A stretch of DNA of 64,000 nucleotides from Octopus bimaculoides. Its lineage: Eukaryota. The notes beneath the pieces were generated by a model, which was not told the origin of the DNA, searched no databases, and worked only from the letters and a program-made list of their open reading frames with translations. The first letter of the stretch is position 1; every line of letters starts with the position of its first letter. The DNA lies in assembly GCF_001194135.2 (NCBI RefSeq), contig NC_068984.1, forward strand, positions 3,358,382 through 3,422,381. The letters run 5' to 3'. The position numbers and the translations under genes were made by a program. Shown one piece after another: positions 51,329-64,000 of the stretch.

Positions 51329-52391
51329 TTCTCTCCTCCGTTCGCTTCGTCTCTTGTAGATTTGATGAAGACTTTAAACATTTCTTATTTATCATCTTAC
51401 TTTCCTGTTCTATAACCTTTAGATATGAGCATGTACACTCTAACATTTCTCTCTCTCTCTCTCTCTTTCTCTCTCTCACTTTCTCTCTCCCTTCATATAT
51501 ATAGATATATATATATACATACACACGCACATGCATACATACGCACATACATATATATAGATATAGGTATATATNNNNNNNNNNAATTTATATTTACATC
51601 CATCCATTTGTGCACATAAATACAGACACACATCAACATACATGCATACATATACACATATATGAATATATATATACATATACGCATATATTCATGTATG
51701 TATGTATGTATGTATGTATGTATGTATAATCCAAGCCGCACAAATGTGAAATTATATAAAAATGCGAAAACTAGACTTGTATGTGCTGCACAATGAAGTA
51801 ATCTCCAGCAGAATGAGATAATTGTAGATCGAAACCTTATCGCGCCGTCACCACCACCACCGCCATCCGTTCTCTCTTTTACTGGATTCTGCTTTCAGAG
51901 AATAGAACTGCAGCTGCAGATGCAACTCTAAGTGCATCAATGATGTCACCATCTTTAATGTTTTTTCTTCTTTTCAAACCGGATTGTATTAAAACAAAAG
52001 TAATCCAGAATTTCTGTTGGAATCTCACAGAAGCAAGTCAACAAAACTCAGTTACAAACATCGACAGTAACAGCAACAATAATAACAACAAAAGCATCAA
52101 TGACGACGGTGATGCTGACGACGACGGTGACGACGACAACGATGATGACGACGGTGACGACGAGAACTTCGATTATGTCGACGATGACGACGATGACGAC
52201 AATAGCTTTTAGTAGCAACGACAATAATAACCAACGAATAAAAAATATAGGACAACCTTAAAACACAGAAAAAAGTTTGCTACAATATTGTGCAAAAAGG
52301 ACACTAACAAATCCGATTCAATATTCACTGCTTAATTTCTTGCAATTAACTTAGCACAGTTAAGTAATTCTCTATAGACAAGTTTTTCAGC

Positions 52392-52441
<50 letters not shown>

Positions 52442-52464
52442 GTAATAATGATGATGATGATGAT

Positions 52465-52675
52465 CCTTTCTACTATAGACACAAGGACTGAAATATTGGT
52501 GGATAGGGGTTGCCGTTTTCACTGACCACAATACTCGACTGATGCTTCTTCCAATGACCCCCGAAATTATAAAAAGTCGATGTCAGCTGAATTTGAACTG
52601 AGAATGTAGAGTCGGAAAAAATGTAGCTAAGCATTTTTGCTCTATGTGCTAACGATTCCACCAGTTCGTCGCTTT
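52465..52675 (-). mobile_element. Degenerate SINE family 1
   Basis: rc head (gctaacgattccaccagttcgtcgc) and aatttgaactgagaatgtag. Confidence 0.65.
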
Positions 52676-54120
52676 CTTTAGTTAATCACCCCGAAAATTT
52701 CGGGCCTTGTACCTAGAGTAGAAAAAACATAATAACGATACTGGTCAGTGCTATACAGAAATTAACTACGTTTTAGTCCTTCTAATTTCTTTATGCAATG
52801 AGGAAGTTCATCTGCATAATAATGTAACCAAAATCAGTTCCTAAATAGTGAGGGATATTTGAATAAAGATACTTTAAAGTATTCTGCCTAAAGTTCTTTT
52901 TTTCTTTCTTTCTTCGTTGACAGTTAGGAAACGAAACACCAGCATTTTATGTTTCCTGTTGTATCAGCATGACTATATCGTCTTTTAAAGTAAGTGAAAC
53001 CAGTTACATATCTTTATGAAAATATAAACTCTTTCTAACTTTTATCCATATTCTCAGGTAAGACATTAAACTATATCAGGCAGTGAAGCACCAACACGCG
53101 TGGTCAAGAATTTCTGAGGAGTGGGATTTACAGTCACCACTACTCACAGGTCTTCTCTGGCCTGGTGTGGTAGTGCATGTTAAAGATCCTAGTTAGGGGT
53201 CACATAACAAAAGATAGTCCTGCTGTTAAGGCATATAGGAGTCAGAGGGGAGCTGGGTCCTATGCGTATGTGTATGTATGTATATATATATGATTACAGG
53301 TGTTTGCATGAGCAAAATCAGAGTACTAGATACATAGTGCAATATATATGTATATTTCGAACACTCATTGTTATACCGTGTGTGCTCGTGCATAGAATGC
53401 GCATGTATATAGTCCGTTATTAATAATACATCATGTCTTACCTTAAGACAATAAATTCTACCATTTCCTAAATCATAAGTGGCCTGTATAATGTTAATGT
53501 GTGGAGAAGTGTTGGCTTTTAGATTAAATGAGGATCTCTTTATAGTTAAAGATGTGTTATTCTGCTGGATAGTAAAAAACAAAAAATAACTAAGTTAAAG
53601 GGGGAAATGGGTGGTTGACTTCGAGATAGAATTTTAGTAAGGAAATTTCAGTTAAAGAGGTGAAAATAAAATGCATGAGAAATGAAATACGTAAATAAAA
53701 TACGTAATGATATAAAGTGTTTCTATGCCATTACTGCGTTTGATGAGCTGGAAGTGGGAAAGGAAATTGAGAGAATGATTGTTATTGATAAATAGTCTGA
53801 CATTGTTCCATGCTGCTGCGTGGAAATGAAAATGGAAAATTAACATATATATGATTTATAGACAAGGCTAATGAGGGAAGGACCTATGGTTGTTACGCTA
53901 AATAATGAGCTATCGATCCTTTCAATCAATTATTGGTATTATCCTTCAATGCTTCAGAAGGTGCTTGTCGATGTTTTCTTATTTATCTGACATTTAAACA
54001 GGTTGCAGAATATTATTAAGTTCTTGTCAGTTATTCATAAGCTGTAACTTTAGCAACATTTCTGTGTGAGCTGCATACACTATGCAGAAATCAGTCTCAT
54101 TTTCCTTCAAACTCTTCATA

Positions 54121-55024
54121 CGTGCTCTGATCAATAAGTATCCGGACTGTTGCCATAATAACGAAGCTAAAGCATGCAGAGTGAAGACGCTTGACACAGA
54201 TTGACCTTCACCTCTGCTGTGCATTTCCACTAAGTTTTAACGTTCTAGCTCACTTCCGTTGTTTACAGGAGTGCTTGGAAGGAAAGCGTGTAGGATGTGA
54301 TTGTCACATTGAACATGACAGAGAGAGTTGAGCGGAAAATCTGCATCTAATTTTGCCAAAAGCTTAGCGATACCTGCTTAGAGGCCTACGCAAAGTTTTC
54401 NNNNNNNNNNTTCTCAACACAATCAAAGAGATCTTATGCAATTGAAAGCAAAGTGGTTTTTTTTTTTTTTTGATTAGTTGAAAGCAGTTTTGGCACAAAT
54501 TTTGCAGACACGCATCTCATACCCAAATCTTTTGTTGATAATGGACTGAACCGATCCATAACTAATCTTCACATCCTCTGATAACTCACAGATGGTGCTT
54601 TGACGATTTCCTTCCACAGCTGCACGCACATCAGCAATGTTTTTCTCAGCTCTGCTGGTTTCCAGGCCTCCCAGAAAGTTGGTCACTATCGACATTTTTT
54701 CGGCCATCTTGGAAATGTCTGAACCACTCGTACACTTGTATGTGGCTCATACTCTCCTCCTCTCCATACACTTTCTGCAACTTTGCGTCGGCCTCTGAGC
54801 AGGTATTGCCATGACAACGTTCTCTGTCATGGTCAATGCGACGATCACTCGCTACACACCTTTCTTCCAAGCACTGCTGTAAACAGCGGAAGTGAGCTAG
54901 AACGTTAAAACTTAGTGCTCATGCACAGCAGAGTTTACCGTCAATCCGTTCTAAACAGCTTCTCTCTGCGTACTTTAGTTTCGTTACTATGGCAACAGTC
55001 CGGAAACTTATTGATCAGACCTCG
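54121..55024. mobile_element. Mariner structure made of two 5' ends facing inward
   Basis: TA-flanked TIRs cg(t/a)g(c/g)tctgatcaataagt.tccggactgttgccat at both ends; arm similarity extends about 280 bp. Minus strand encodes an HTH-type transposase N-terminus (LQKVYGEE.MS..QVYEWF..F.DGR.NV.SD..SGRP). 10-N gap at 54401-54410. Confidence 0.85.
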
Positions 55025-56204
55025 TATATTTGGTTAAGTTTTGTTTTGTTTCTTATTTCTGTATTTCTGGAGGAAGAAACATATTTGAAGTATCGTTGTT
55101 TAAATTAAACTTCAATCACACACACATACACACACACACACACACACAACGATTTCAACTTCATATTTAATCGCTTCAGTTTTGCATAAATGATTAATGC
55201 TGCATACACATTTCGACTCATTTCATTGGTGTACGTCATGTTAAGGTTCTTATGTCGGTATTCAAATACCAAGTGTTTGTGTCTGTGGCTGTATGTGTAT
55301 GTGTGTAAAAAAGAGAGAAAGTGTAAGAAAGAAAATGGGGGTGAGAGAGGGAGAGAGAGAAAGAGAGAGAGGGGAGGAATATATATGAGTGCGGTTTCTC
55401 ATGTCAATGTGAGCTTCATACCGTCATTACGTCGGAATGTCACCAATGTTTTACTTGTTACAAATTATAAACAATCGTGTTTTATCGAGTTCTCATCTTT
55501 GCAGAAATATTCCAGCATTTCAGAATAAATTCTCGACTGAATTATATCTCTATTTTTTTTTTTTTTTTTTTTTTTTGTATTCAGAGAGATCCTTACTTTC
55601 CAACGACTTCTCTTCTTCACACAAGTGTCAAAAAGCCAATACTTATTTATAAATATTTTATAGTAGAGTTATATTAGTATTTTGTGTTTCATCCAGTGAT
55701 TATTGTGATAACTTACGATTCTGTACATTAAAATATCAGACATGCAACTGAAAACAAAAGACATTCGACTTAAAGTCGACTTAAGGCACTAAAAAAATAT
55801 TTCAAAACGTTGACAATGAAGGGGTCCATATTCATTATGTGTGAATATAAAACATTTTTACCTTTTGAATTTTCAACAAAAGATTTTAATAAATTGTGTA
55901 ACCCAATTATAATAGACCATTTGCAGACACAAACTCTAATAGATCGATGAAGCAGATAACACTAGTGTGACTTATCGATGACAACACATTTCTTCAAACT
56001 ATTTGAGTATTTTTCTTCTATTTGAAAAGAGGATTTTTTCCCGAAATGCAGGATCATAAAACAAACTATATAAAGTAATACCATATTTTTTCTCATTGTT
56101 TCCAAGCACCTCTTTAAACTCCTTACTTGTATTGCTCAAGAGTTTTTGAGAAATGGATGAACAACGTAACATAAATGAATTGAGAGATAAACCGGTTATA
56201 AAAG

Positions 56205-56435
56205 GAAGCAAATGTGGTTTGCAAGAGAGAAGACTGCGTTGGTGTGCAGATGCAAATGGAGGATGACAGCTGCCTAAGTGCTGCTGAGTGAATGGCTACC
56301 GTAGAAGAAGGAGAAAGATTTGAGACGTGGTGACGAAAAACGATAAAAGCGATATTACAACAAGCGAAGGCGACGACTGAGGGCCGTATCGACTGGCGAT
56401 ATGCAGTGCTACATAAGATCATTTACCCCAACCTA
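56205..56435 (+). mobile_element. RTE-type LINE 3' remnant
   Basis: QERRLRW...MEDDSCL...DRIDWRYAVL-like C-terminus, disrupted. Confidence 0.55.
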
Positions 56436-56589
56436 TTTCCAGTGGTACACCTGTCTTATAACCTCGCGTCATCCCATCATCTCTCCTAGCCACCATATAT
56501 CACGCAACTTGGCGTATGCAGTCTGAATCCAACCGTACTCCACCATACTTTCCTTCTCTTCCTTTTGCATCATAATGCTTGAGCTCGGA

Positions 56590-56815
56590 CGAGCGAGGGA
56601 TTGCTCTCTTACAACCTTAACTCACTCTCCCGAAATCTTTTGTCCTTATGCTCTCCTCTGTTCAGCTTCTTAATCATGATTCTCTGACAATGTGCTCCGG
56701 CACCTTTTCTCCTGCCTCTTCCACTTGTGTTACTCTCTTCAACATTACACCCTGACGACATAAATCCATTCCTCCCATCATACCATCTTTTTCCCCACAC
56801 GTCATCTAAAGCCAT
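56590..56815 (-). mobile_element. RTE-type LINE 3' remnant
   Basis: DDVWGKR...VE....GRGRR-like C-terminus on the minus strand. Confidence 0.45.
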
Positions 56816-56864
56816 TTTCTCTCTATCTCTCTATCTACCAATCTCAATCAATTTACCTGTCTGT

Positions 56865-56988
56865 CTGTCTATCTGCTTGTCTGTCTGTCTGTCTGTCTGT
56901 CTATCCCTCTGCTTGTCTGTCTATCTATGTCTCTGTTTATCTGTCTATCTATCTGTCTATTTGTCTGTCTGTCTGTCTGTCTATCTAT

Positions 56989-57062
<74 letters not shown>

Positions 57063-57159
57063 GTCTGTCTATCTATTTATCCATCTATTTGTCTGTCTAT
57101 CTATTTATCTATCTGTCTGTCTGTCTGTCTGTCTATTTATCCATACATACATCCATCTG

Positions 57160-57193
<34 letters not shown>

Positions 57194-57195
57194 CA
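56865..57195. repeat. (TCTG)n/(TCTA)n compound microsatellite
   Basis: Direct runs. Confidence 0.95.
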
Positions 57196-59390
57196 TTCAT
57201 CCAACTAAATATCTATCTGTAACTCCTACCAGTACCTCAGGTAAAGCCATCACTCTCTCTCCCCTCTCTCTCTCTCTCTCCCCCTCCCCCTCTCTCCCAC
57301 CTGGTCTACCCTTCTGTGGTGGAGGCTTTTATTTACTTTGTGCGTTATGACGAGTCCTCACTAGGGCTAGTGGCACGAAATAGCACTCAAGACTGCTGAT
57401 GAAGGTACAAGATTTCAAGGCTCAAAACTTTCCCTCGTATTTGCAAATATAAATAAGAATTTAATATAAATAATATATATAAATATAAAACAAGTAAAAG
57501 ATATGCAATTTAAAAATATAAATAAAGATATAAATATAAACAATATATATATATAAAAGTAAAAATATACATATACATACATATAAGAATAGAAAAAAAA
57601 TGATATATACATATTTAGAGACATTTTAAGATCCACAAAGATCAGAACTTATCTGCAGCTCTTGGTGGTCCAAATTGGATGCGCAATCTATGTGGGTGTC
57701 TTTTCAAAACATTGTCTGGTTTTAAAAGCCACATCAGATGCCATGATGGATCTAAAGCGTAGGTGCAGGAGGTGGTCAAACTCTGCATAAGGAATACACA
57801 ACCACCATGTGTGTATTCATGTAGGTGTGTTGGCATGCAAGCTTATATCTATGTCCGTGTGCATGCGAGCTTGTGAGTAGACGTGCATGTATTTATGCAC
57901 ACGAATGTATGCAGGTATGTGTTCGAACAGGATGCGAGTATTCGATGACTCTTATTTCTTTAAACTGGATTCTTTACCCTCCCACCCACCCCATCAATCG
58001 AGTTTCAAGTTCTGTTGAAGATCGCAATGGCGATGGGCGGGAGGNNNNNNNNNNNNNNNNNNNNNNNNNNNNNNNNNNNNNNNNNNNNNNNNNNNNNNNN
58101 NNNNNNNNNNNNNNNNNNNNNNNNNNNNNNNNNNNNNNNNNNNNNNNNNNNNNNNNNNNNNNNNNNNNNNNNNNNNNNNNNNNNNNNNNNNNNNNNNNNN
58201 NNNNNNNNNNNNNNNNNNNNNNNNNNNNNNNNNNNNNNNNNNNNNNNNNNNNNNNNNNCCCACCCCATCAATCGAGTTTCAAGTTCTGTTGAAGATCGCA
58301 ATGGCGATGGGCGGGAGGAACTAAAGTATGAAATTCAACTAATTTTATGCTCATCTCATCATTAAAATCATTATCAACATCAACATCATCAACATCATCA
58401 CTATGGTCATCGTCATAATCAACAGCTTCTTCTTCTCGTTCTTCTTCTTCTTCTTCTATACGGCTACGGCGTCTTATCCTCCTCTTCTCTCTCTCTTCTT
58501 CCTCTTCCTAACATTATCTATAATCCCTCACCTGTACCTCGTTCTTTCTCGCTAAACATCACATATATTATAACATATATATTATATTATATTATATTAT
58601 AATATACATTAATACACCCACTAATCACTTCTCCTACATTTCGCACACCACAAACTCTGAACATACTCCTCAACATTCTGATGAGATCTGCCAAACCACT
58701 GGCTTGATTGAAACGTACGTAAATGACTATTGCATAACATACACAATGACTCACTACATAACCTCAAACTCCACAATGACTCATTACATAACCTCCACGT
58801 AATAAAACAACGACTAACTAGTCCAACAGTATTGCTTTTTCTTGTATTTGTTGCTCCATTCTCCACATATACATATATATAATTATAATTATATTATAAT
58901 TATAAGTATTAATTATAATACTTAACACTACTTACATAAAACTAAATAGGAAAACATTTGTGAACAACACATTTGCACTGTAGAGAATATAGTAGAAAAC
59001 CTGATCAATGGTGAAGTAATAGCGGTTATGCAGTTTAATATTAAAATGAATCCATCGCAAATATACGTCAGTCATAAAAAAGGTCATAAATATCTGACAA
59101 ATGACGTATGACTCTACCGTTCAAAATTAAAGCTCTTGTTAATCACATTGGTCCTGGCCCTAATAAAGAAGCTGCAACACGCGCTAGCACCACTTCGTCT
59201 TGAAGATTTGACTGTGAACGTTTAGGAAGATTGATAATAGATCTAGGAAATTTATTTCTCTATGCCAACTCTAAGGAACACACACGAAAATATTGAGTAG
59301 ATTTTCAGTTGTTCGTTAAAATCAAGGAACACACACACACACGCATAAATATATACATGCATACTTACATCCACACACGCACGCGCGCGC

Positions 59391-59551
59391 GCGCAGGATT
59401 GGCTGTGTGGTTAGTAGCTTAGTTACCAACCACATTGTTCGGGGTTCAGTCTCACTGCGTGGCACCGTCGGCTAGTGTCTTCTGCTATAGCCTCAGGCCG
59501 ACCAAAGCCTTGTCAGTGGATTTAGTAGACGGAAACTGAAAGAAGCCCGTC

Positions 59552-59594
<43 letters not shown>

Positions 59595-59810
59595 TGTGTG
59601 TATGTGTCTGCGTTTGCCCCCCTCCCCCACCGCTTGACAACCGATGCTGGTTTGCTTACGTCCCCGTAACATAGCGGTTCGACAAAAGTGAGTGATAGCA
59701 TAAGTACTAGGCTCACAAGGAATAAGTCCTGGGGTCAATTTGTTCCACTAAATGCGGTGCTCCAGCATGGCCGCAGTCAAATGGCTGAAACAGATAAGAG
59801 TAAAAGAGTA
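59391..59810 (+). mobile_element. Full-length SINE family 3 (tRNA head, CORE-like, internal (TA)n, LINE-like tail)
   Basis: A box tggctgtgtgg, B box ggttcagtc, tail gcggtgctccagcatggccgcagtcaaatggctgaaac and (gtaaaaga)n. Confidence 0.9.
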
Positions 59811-60253
59811 TATACATACATACATAAACACGCATATACATACACGCATCAAGAGAAAGTATTATAAAATCCGTCGTATTTCTCTCCTTTTTGTTCCCTA
59901 CAAAGTTTTCTTCGTTTGTTTTCACTTTGCATATTTCTCTTGGATGGCTGACAGAGTGGAGATGCTCTTCGTTCTGCCAGGAAAATCTACTTCTTTACTC
60001 TTTTCTTCATACAAAACACATTAGTTATGTTCAGCTAAGATGCTGCAGAAAAAGCCATTAGAGTTTTCTCAGGTAAGTATAGTTTTTCTTTGTTTTTTTT
60101 GGGGTTTTTTTTCTGTTCCTTTATATTCTTATATATCGGAAATGACATCATATTAGTACATACGTACGGATTCACACTATAATTTATAAAGATGAAAACA
60201 TACACGCACGCGCGCACAAACAACATGTGTGCGTGGGTGTGAGTAGATATAAG

Positions 60254-60304
<51 letters not shown>

Positions 60305-61192
60305 NNNNNNNNNNNNNNNNNNNNNNNNNNNNNNNNNNNNNNNNNNNNNNNNNNNNNNNNNNNNNNNNNNNNNNNNNNNNNNNNNNNNNNNNNNNNNNNN
60401 NNNNNNNNNNNNNNNNNNNNNNNNNNNNNNNNNNNNNNNNNNNNNNNNNNNNNNNNNNNNNNNNNNNNNNNNNNNNNNNNNNNNNNNNNNNNNNNNNNNN
60501 NNNNNNNNNNNNNNNNNNNNNNNNNNNNNNNNNNNNNNNNNNNNNNNNNNNNNNNNNNNNNNNNNNNNNNNNNNNNNNNNNNNNNNNNNNNNNNNNNNNN
60601 NNNNNNNNNNNNNNNNNNNNNNNNNNNNNNNNNNNNNNNNNNNNNNNNNNNNNNNNNNNNNNNNNNNNNNNNNNNNNNNNNNNNNNNNNNNNNNNNNNNN
60701 NNNNNNNNNNNNNNNNNNNNNNNNNNNNNNNNNNNNNNNNNNNNNNNNNNNNNNNNNNNNNNNNNNNNNNNNNNNNNNNNNNNNNNNNNNNNNNNNNNNN
60801 NNNNNNNNNNNNNNNNNNNNNNNNNNNNNNNNNNNNNNNNNNNNNNNNNNNNNNNNNNNNNNNNNNNNNNNNNNNNNNNNNNNNNNNNNNNNNNNNNNNN
60901 NNNNNNNNNNNNNNNNNNNNNNNNNNNNNNNNNNNNNNNNNNNNNNNNNNNNNNNNNNNNNNNNNNNNNNNNNNNNNNNNNNNNNNNNNNNNNNNNNNNN
61001 NNNNNNNNNNNNNNNNNNNNNNNNNNNNNNNNNNNNNNNNNNNNNNNNNNNNNNNNNNNNNNNNNNNNNNNNNNNNNNNNNNNNNNNNNNNNNNNNNNNN
61101 NNNNNNNNNNNNNNNNNNNNNNNNNNNNNNNNNNNNNNNNNNNNNNNNNNNNNNNNNNNNNNNNNNNNNNNNNNNNNNNNNNNNNNNNNNNN

Positions 61193-61253
<61 letters not shown>

Positions 61254-61402
61254 TATATATATTTATATATATATGTATACATATAAACTATCAATGCATT
61301 ATGTATTTTCTACATACCTTTACCTTCTCATCCAATTCTATTTGTCTCTCACCTGTTCGTCATTTCCTTACCACACACACACACGTATACATATATATAT
61401 GT

Positions 61403-61449
<47 letters not shown>

Positions 61450-61452
<3 letters not shown>

Positions 61453-61755
61453 AGGCCCAGTGGTCAGGGCAGTGGTTTTGCAGTTGTAGGATCGCGGTTT
61501 CGATTCCCAGACCGGGCGTTGTGAGTGTTTATTGAACGAAAATACCTAAATCTCGACGAGTCTCCGGCAGGGGGGGGGCGACACCTGCTGTACTCTTTCA
61601 TTCTGTGTCACGCTGAATCTACCCGAGAACTACATTAAGGGTGCATGTATCTGTTAAGTGCTCAGCCACTTGCACATTAATTTCACGAGCTGGCTGTTCC
61701 GCTGATCGGATTCATCTGGAACCCTCGTCATCGTACCTGCCGACGGACTGCCGCG
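61450..61755 (+). mobile_element. SINE family 4 with internal deletion
   Basis: Homologous to 19981-20400. Confidence 0.85.
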
Positions 61756-61983
61756 ATATATATACATATGCGCACATATATTCTCCATTTCTGGATTAAC
61801 AATCATACCAATTTTCAAGTGTTCCCCTTAAAAATGTTGGTGATCCGTCTCCAAGTTGCATGGCATTACCCATCCAAAATGGAGTAGCTTGAAACCACTG
61901 GTACCATTGTCAATCCCAAAATAAAGACAATATTTATCTACCAAACGCACTGTTGGGTACTCAGATCGTAACTATCCTATCGT

Positions 61984-62018
<35 letters not shown>

Positions 62019-62040
62019 TATATTATGCGTGTGTGTGTAT

Positions 62041-62075
<35 letters not shown>

Positions 62076-62881
62076 TTGACCAAACTTGTCTCAGTGATAT
62101 ATTAAAGTTAACTGCGCCACCTGTAGAGTCATTTTTAACTCACGGGTTACGGCATCATGGCTCAGTGAAATAGGGATTTGTCGAATGAAATGTTTCGTTA
62201 TAGATGGTATGTTTGGTTTCCAATTTGAAAAACTTTGATCTGATTTTGTTTGAACGTGTTGTGATCTTTTTCTTTCTTGATGTGTTTTGGGATTACATTA
62301 GAGTTGGGCTTTTTGAGGAAAATCTCTGAGATTATTGGATACCATGAGGGGGTTTCTTGGAGGAAGAAATTCTGGGTGTTTCACTTTTCTAAATTGTAGA
62401 AGTTCAAGTAATTCCCCATTTAACAGCTGTTGCTTTTGGCCACCATGCACACACCCATACATCTCCCCCTCCTCCCCACACACACACATAATGAATTACT
62501 CATCACTCTGAGTTTTCTCGCCAAGTGACGTCTTCCAACACGACGTTGCCTGAAAGGACTCACGTCGTGACAAAACTCTGAGTAGCGACAAAGCTAATCT
62601 CCAGCTGCTTTCAAAATATACTCTTCAGCATTATTGAGTACTCTTTGATTACTTTTAACCAAAATCACATGTGTGTGTATGTGTGTGTGTTGTGTGTGTG
62701 AGAGAGAGAGTTGTACTGGAAACACGATTGTGTTGTAGTTCTACGTTGTTTATTAAAACTGTTTATATAACTCCGACTAAAAGGTTGGTTTCAAATACCG
62801 CCATGTAGTATATGTGCCAAGCGAATTGCACACGAAATTTCTTGTCTTTCCCACCAGCAGTGAACCAGTGAACCGCGGTTC

Positions 62882-62930
<49 letters not shown>

Positions 62931-63393
62931 ACTCAGCGATGCTTTCTCACCAAATGAGATATATATAAATACAACGTAGAATACATGAAATATGCTTATT
63001 AAAACCTCACAGCCAGTGGGATCCGGAGTTCAATACCTTGGAACTTTCTGTCGATAATGATTATCCAAGAATACTGCTCTCCCTTCTCACCCCATCAAAA
63101 CACTAAGGCTCATTCTAATTAACAATAAAAAATTAAGACTTTGGATAGGCTGACCTCTTGTAACGAGACTGATTTTTTTTTTGTTTTCGGTTGAAAACAA
63201 AATTTTCTTATTGTCTGCATTAAAAATAAAAGTATTTTTTTATTATCCAGACAAAGCGTCAATCCCCCATAATGTCTGATTCTTCCTCCTTTTCTTCATT
63301 TAGAACCTTGCCAACTTCATTTTATGTTATTTACCATCGCGAACCACCATCCATTTCCAAGGGCCCTTTTATCATTAAATTACTGTGTGCACT

Positions 63394-63439
<46 letters not shown>

Positions 63440-63534
63440 CGCTCATTAGGATGTATACCAAGTTATGACAATGCACAATTTCGACAATGCACTCTCTCAT
63501 ACACCTCGATGGAGGCTATAGTCATTCAGCTTGA

Positions 63535-63950
63535 TCTCAGTGTTTGCTGGAGCCCCGCATTTAGTCGAACACATCGACTCCAGGGCTTATTCTTTGTAAG
63601 CCTAGTACTTATTCTATCGGTCTCTTTTGCCGAACCGCTATGTTACGGGGACGTAAACGCACTAACATCGGTTGTAAAGTGAAGATGAGGTGGACAAACA
63701 CACACAAACATGTACACACACACATATATACATATATATACTCTTTTACTCTTTTACTTGTTTCAGTCATTTGACTGCGGCCATGCTGGAGCACCGCCTT
63801 TAGTCGAGCAAATCGACCCCAGGACTTATTCTTTGTAAGCCTAGTACTTATTTTATCGGTCTCTTTTGCCGAACCGCTAAGTTACGGGGACATAAACACA
63901 CCAGCATCGGTTGTCAAGCGATGTTGGGGGGACAAACACAAACATACAAA
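63535..63950 (-). mobile_element. Two tandem 3' halves of SINE family 3
   Basis: ttattctttgtaagcctagtacttatt.tatcggtctcttttgccgaaccgc occurs twice (63590-63640, 63827-63880). Confidence 0.85.
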
Positions 63951-64000
63951 CATATACACATACATACATATATATACACACACACACATATGTATATATA

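Noticed and set aside
57976-58318. Exact ~64-bp direct repeat on both sides of an N gap
   Set aside because: Typical unmerged contig overlap; most likely an assembly artefact.
60030-60078. Plus-strand CAG|GTAAGT donor after DAAEKAIRVFS (RRM-like)
   Set aside because: In-frame stop immediately upstream, no good acceptor, and too short to support.

Overview
AT-rich animal genomic DNA from a gapped draft assembly; most N gaps are flanked by microsatellites. The SINE families look like those of octopus/coleoid cephalopods, an inference from recalled consensus sequences rather than a database search. The only host gene I can support is a minus-strand SLC6 GABA transporter (GAT-1/Drosophila Gat-like), with two coding exons at 2176-2503 and 468-600. 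I recognised no further GAT exon in the remaining ~61 kb, which is probably one very large intron and/or upstream DNA. That DNA is dominated by mobile elements: (1) a same-orientation cluster of CR1-group LINEs (33.5-47 kb) whose ORF1 carries a CCCH zinc finger; (2) about ten R4/Dong-type fragments associated with (TAA)n; (3) a ~540-bp non-coding element in TAA repeats; (4) a Penelope-like GIY-YIG fragment; (5) several modular tRNA-derived SINE families; (6) mariner, hAT, pogo and RTE remnants. The most interesting signals are minimal Penelope-type hammerhead ribozyme motifs (one inside a fold-back element, one just 5' of a full-length LINE), two mariner fold-backs built from two 3' ends or two 5' ends, a SINE/LINE shared 3' double hairpin with compensatory base changes, and a proline in GAT TM3 where isoleucine is normally found. 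Most long ORFs in the supplied track are artefacts of microsatellites and N runs. Element boundaries are read by eye and are approximate.
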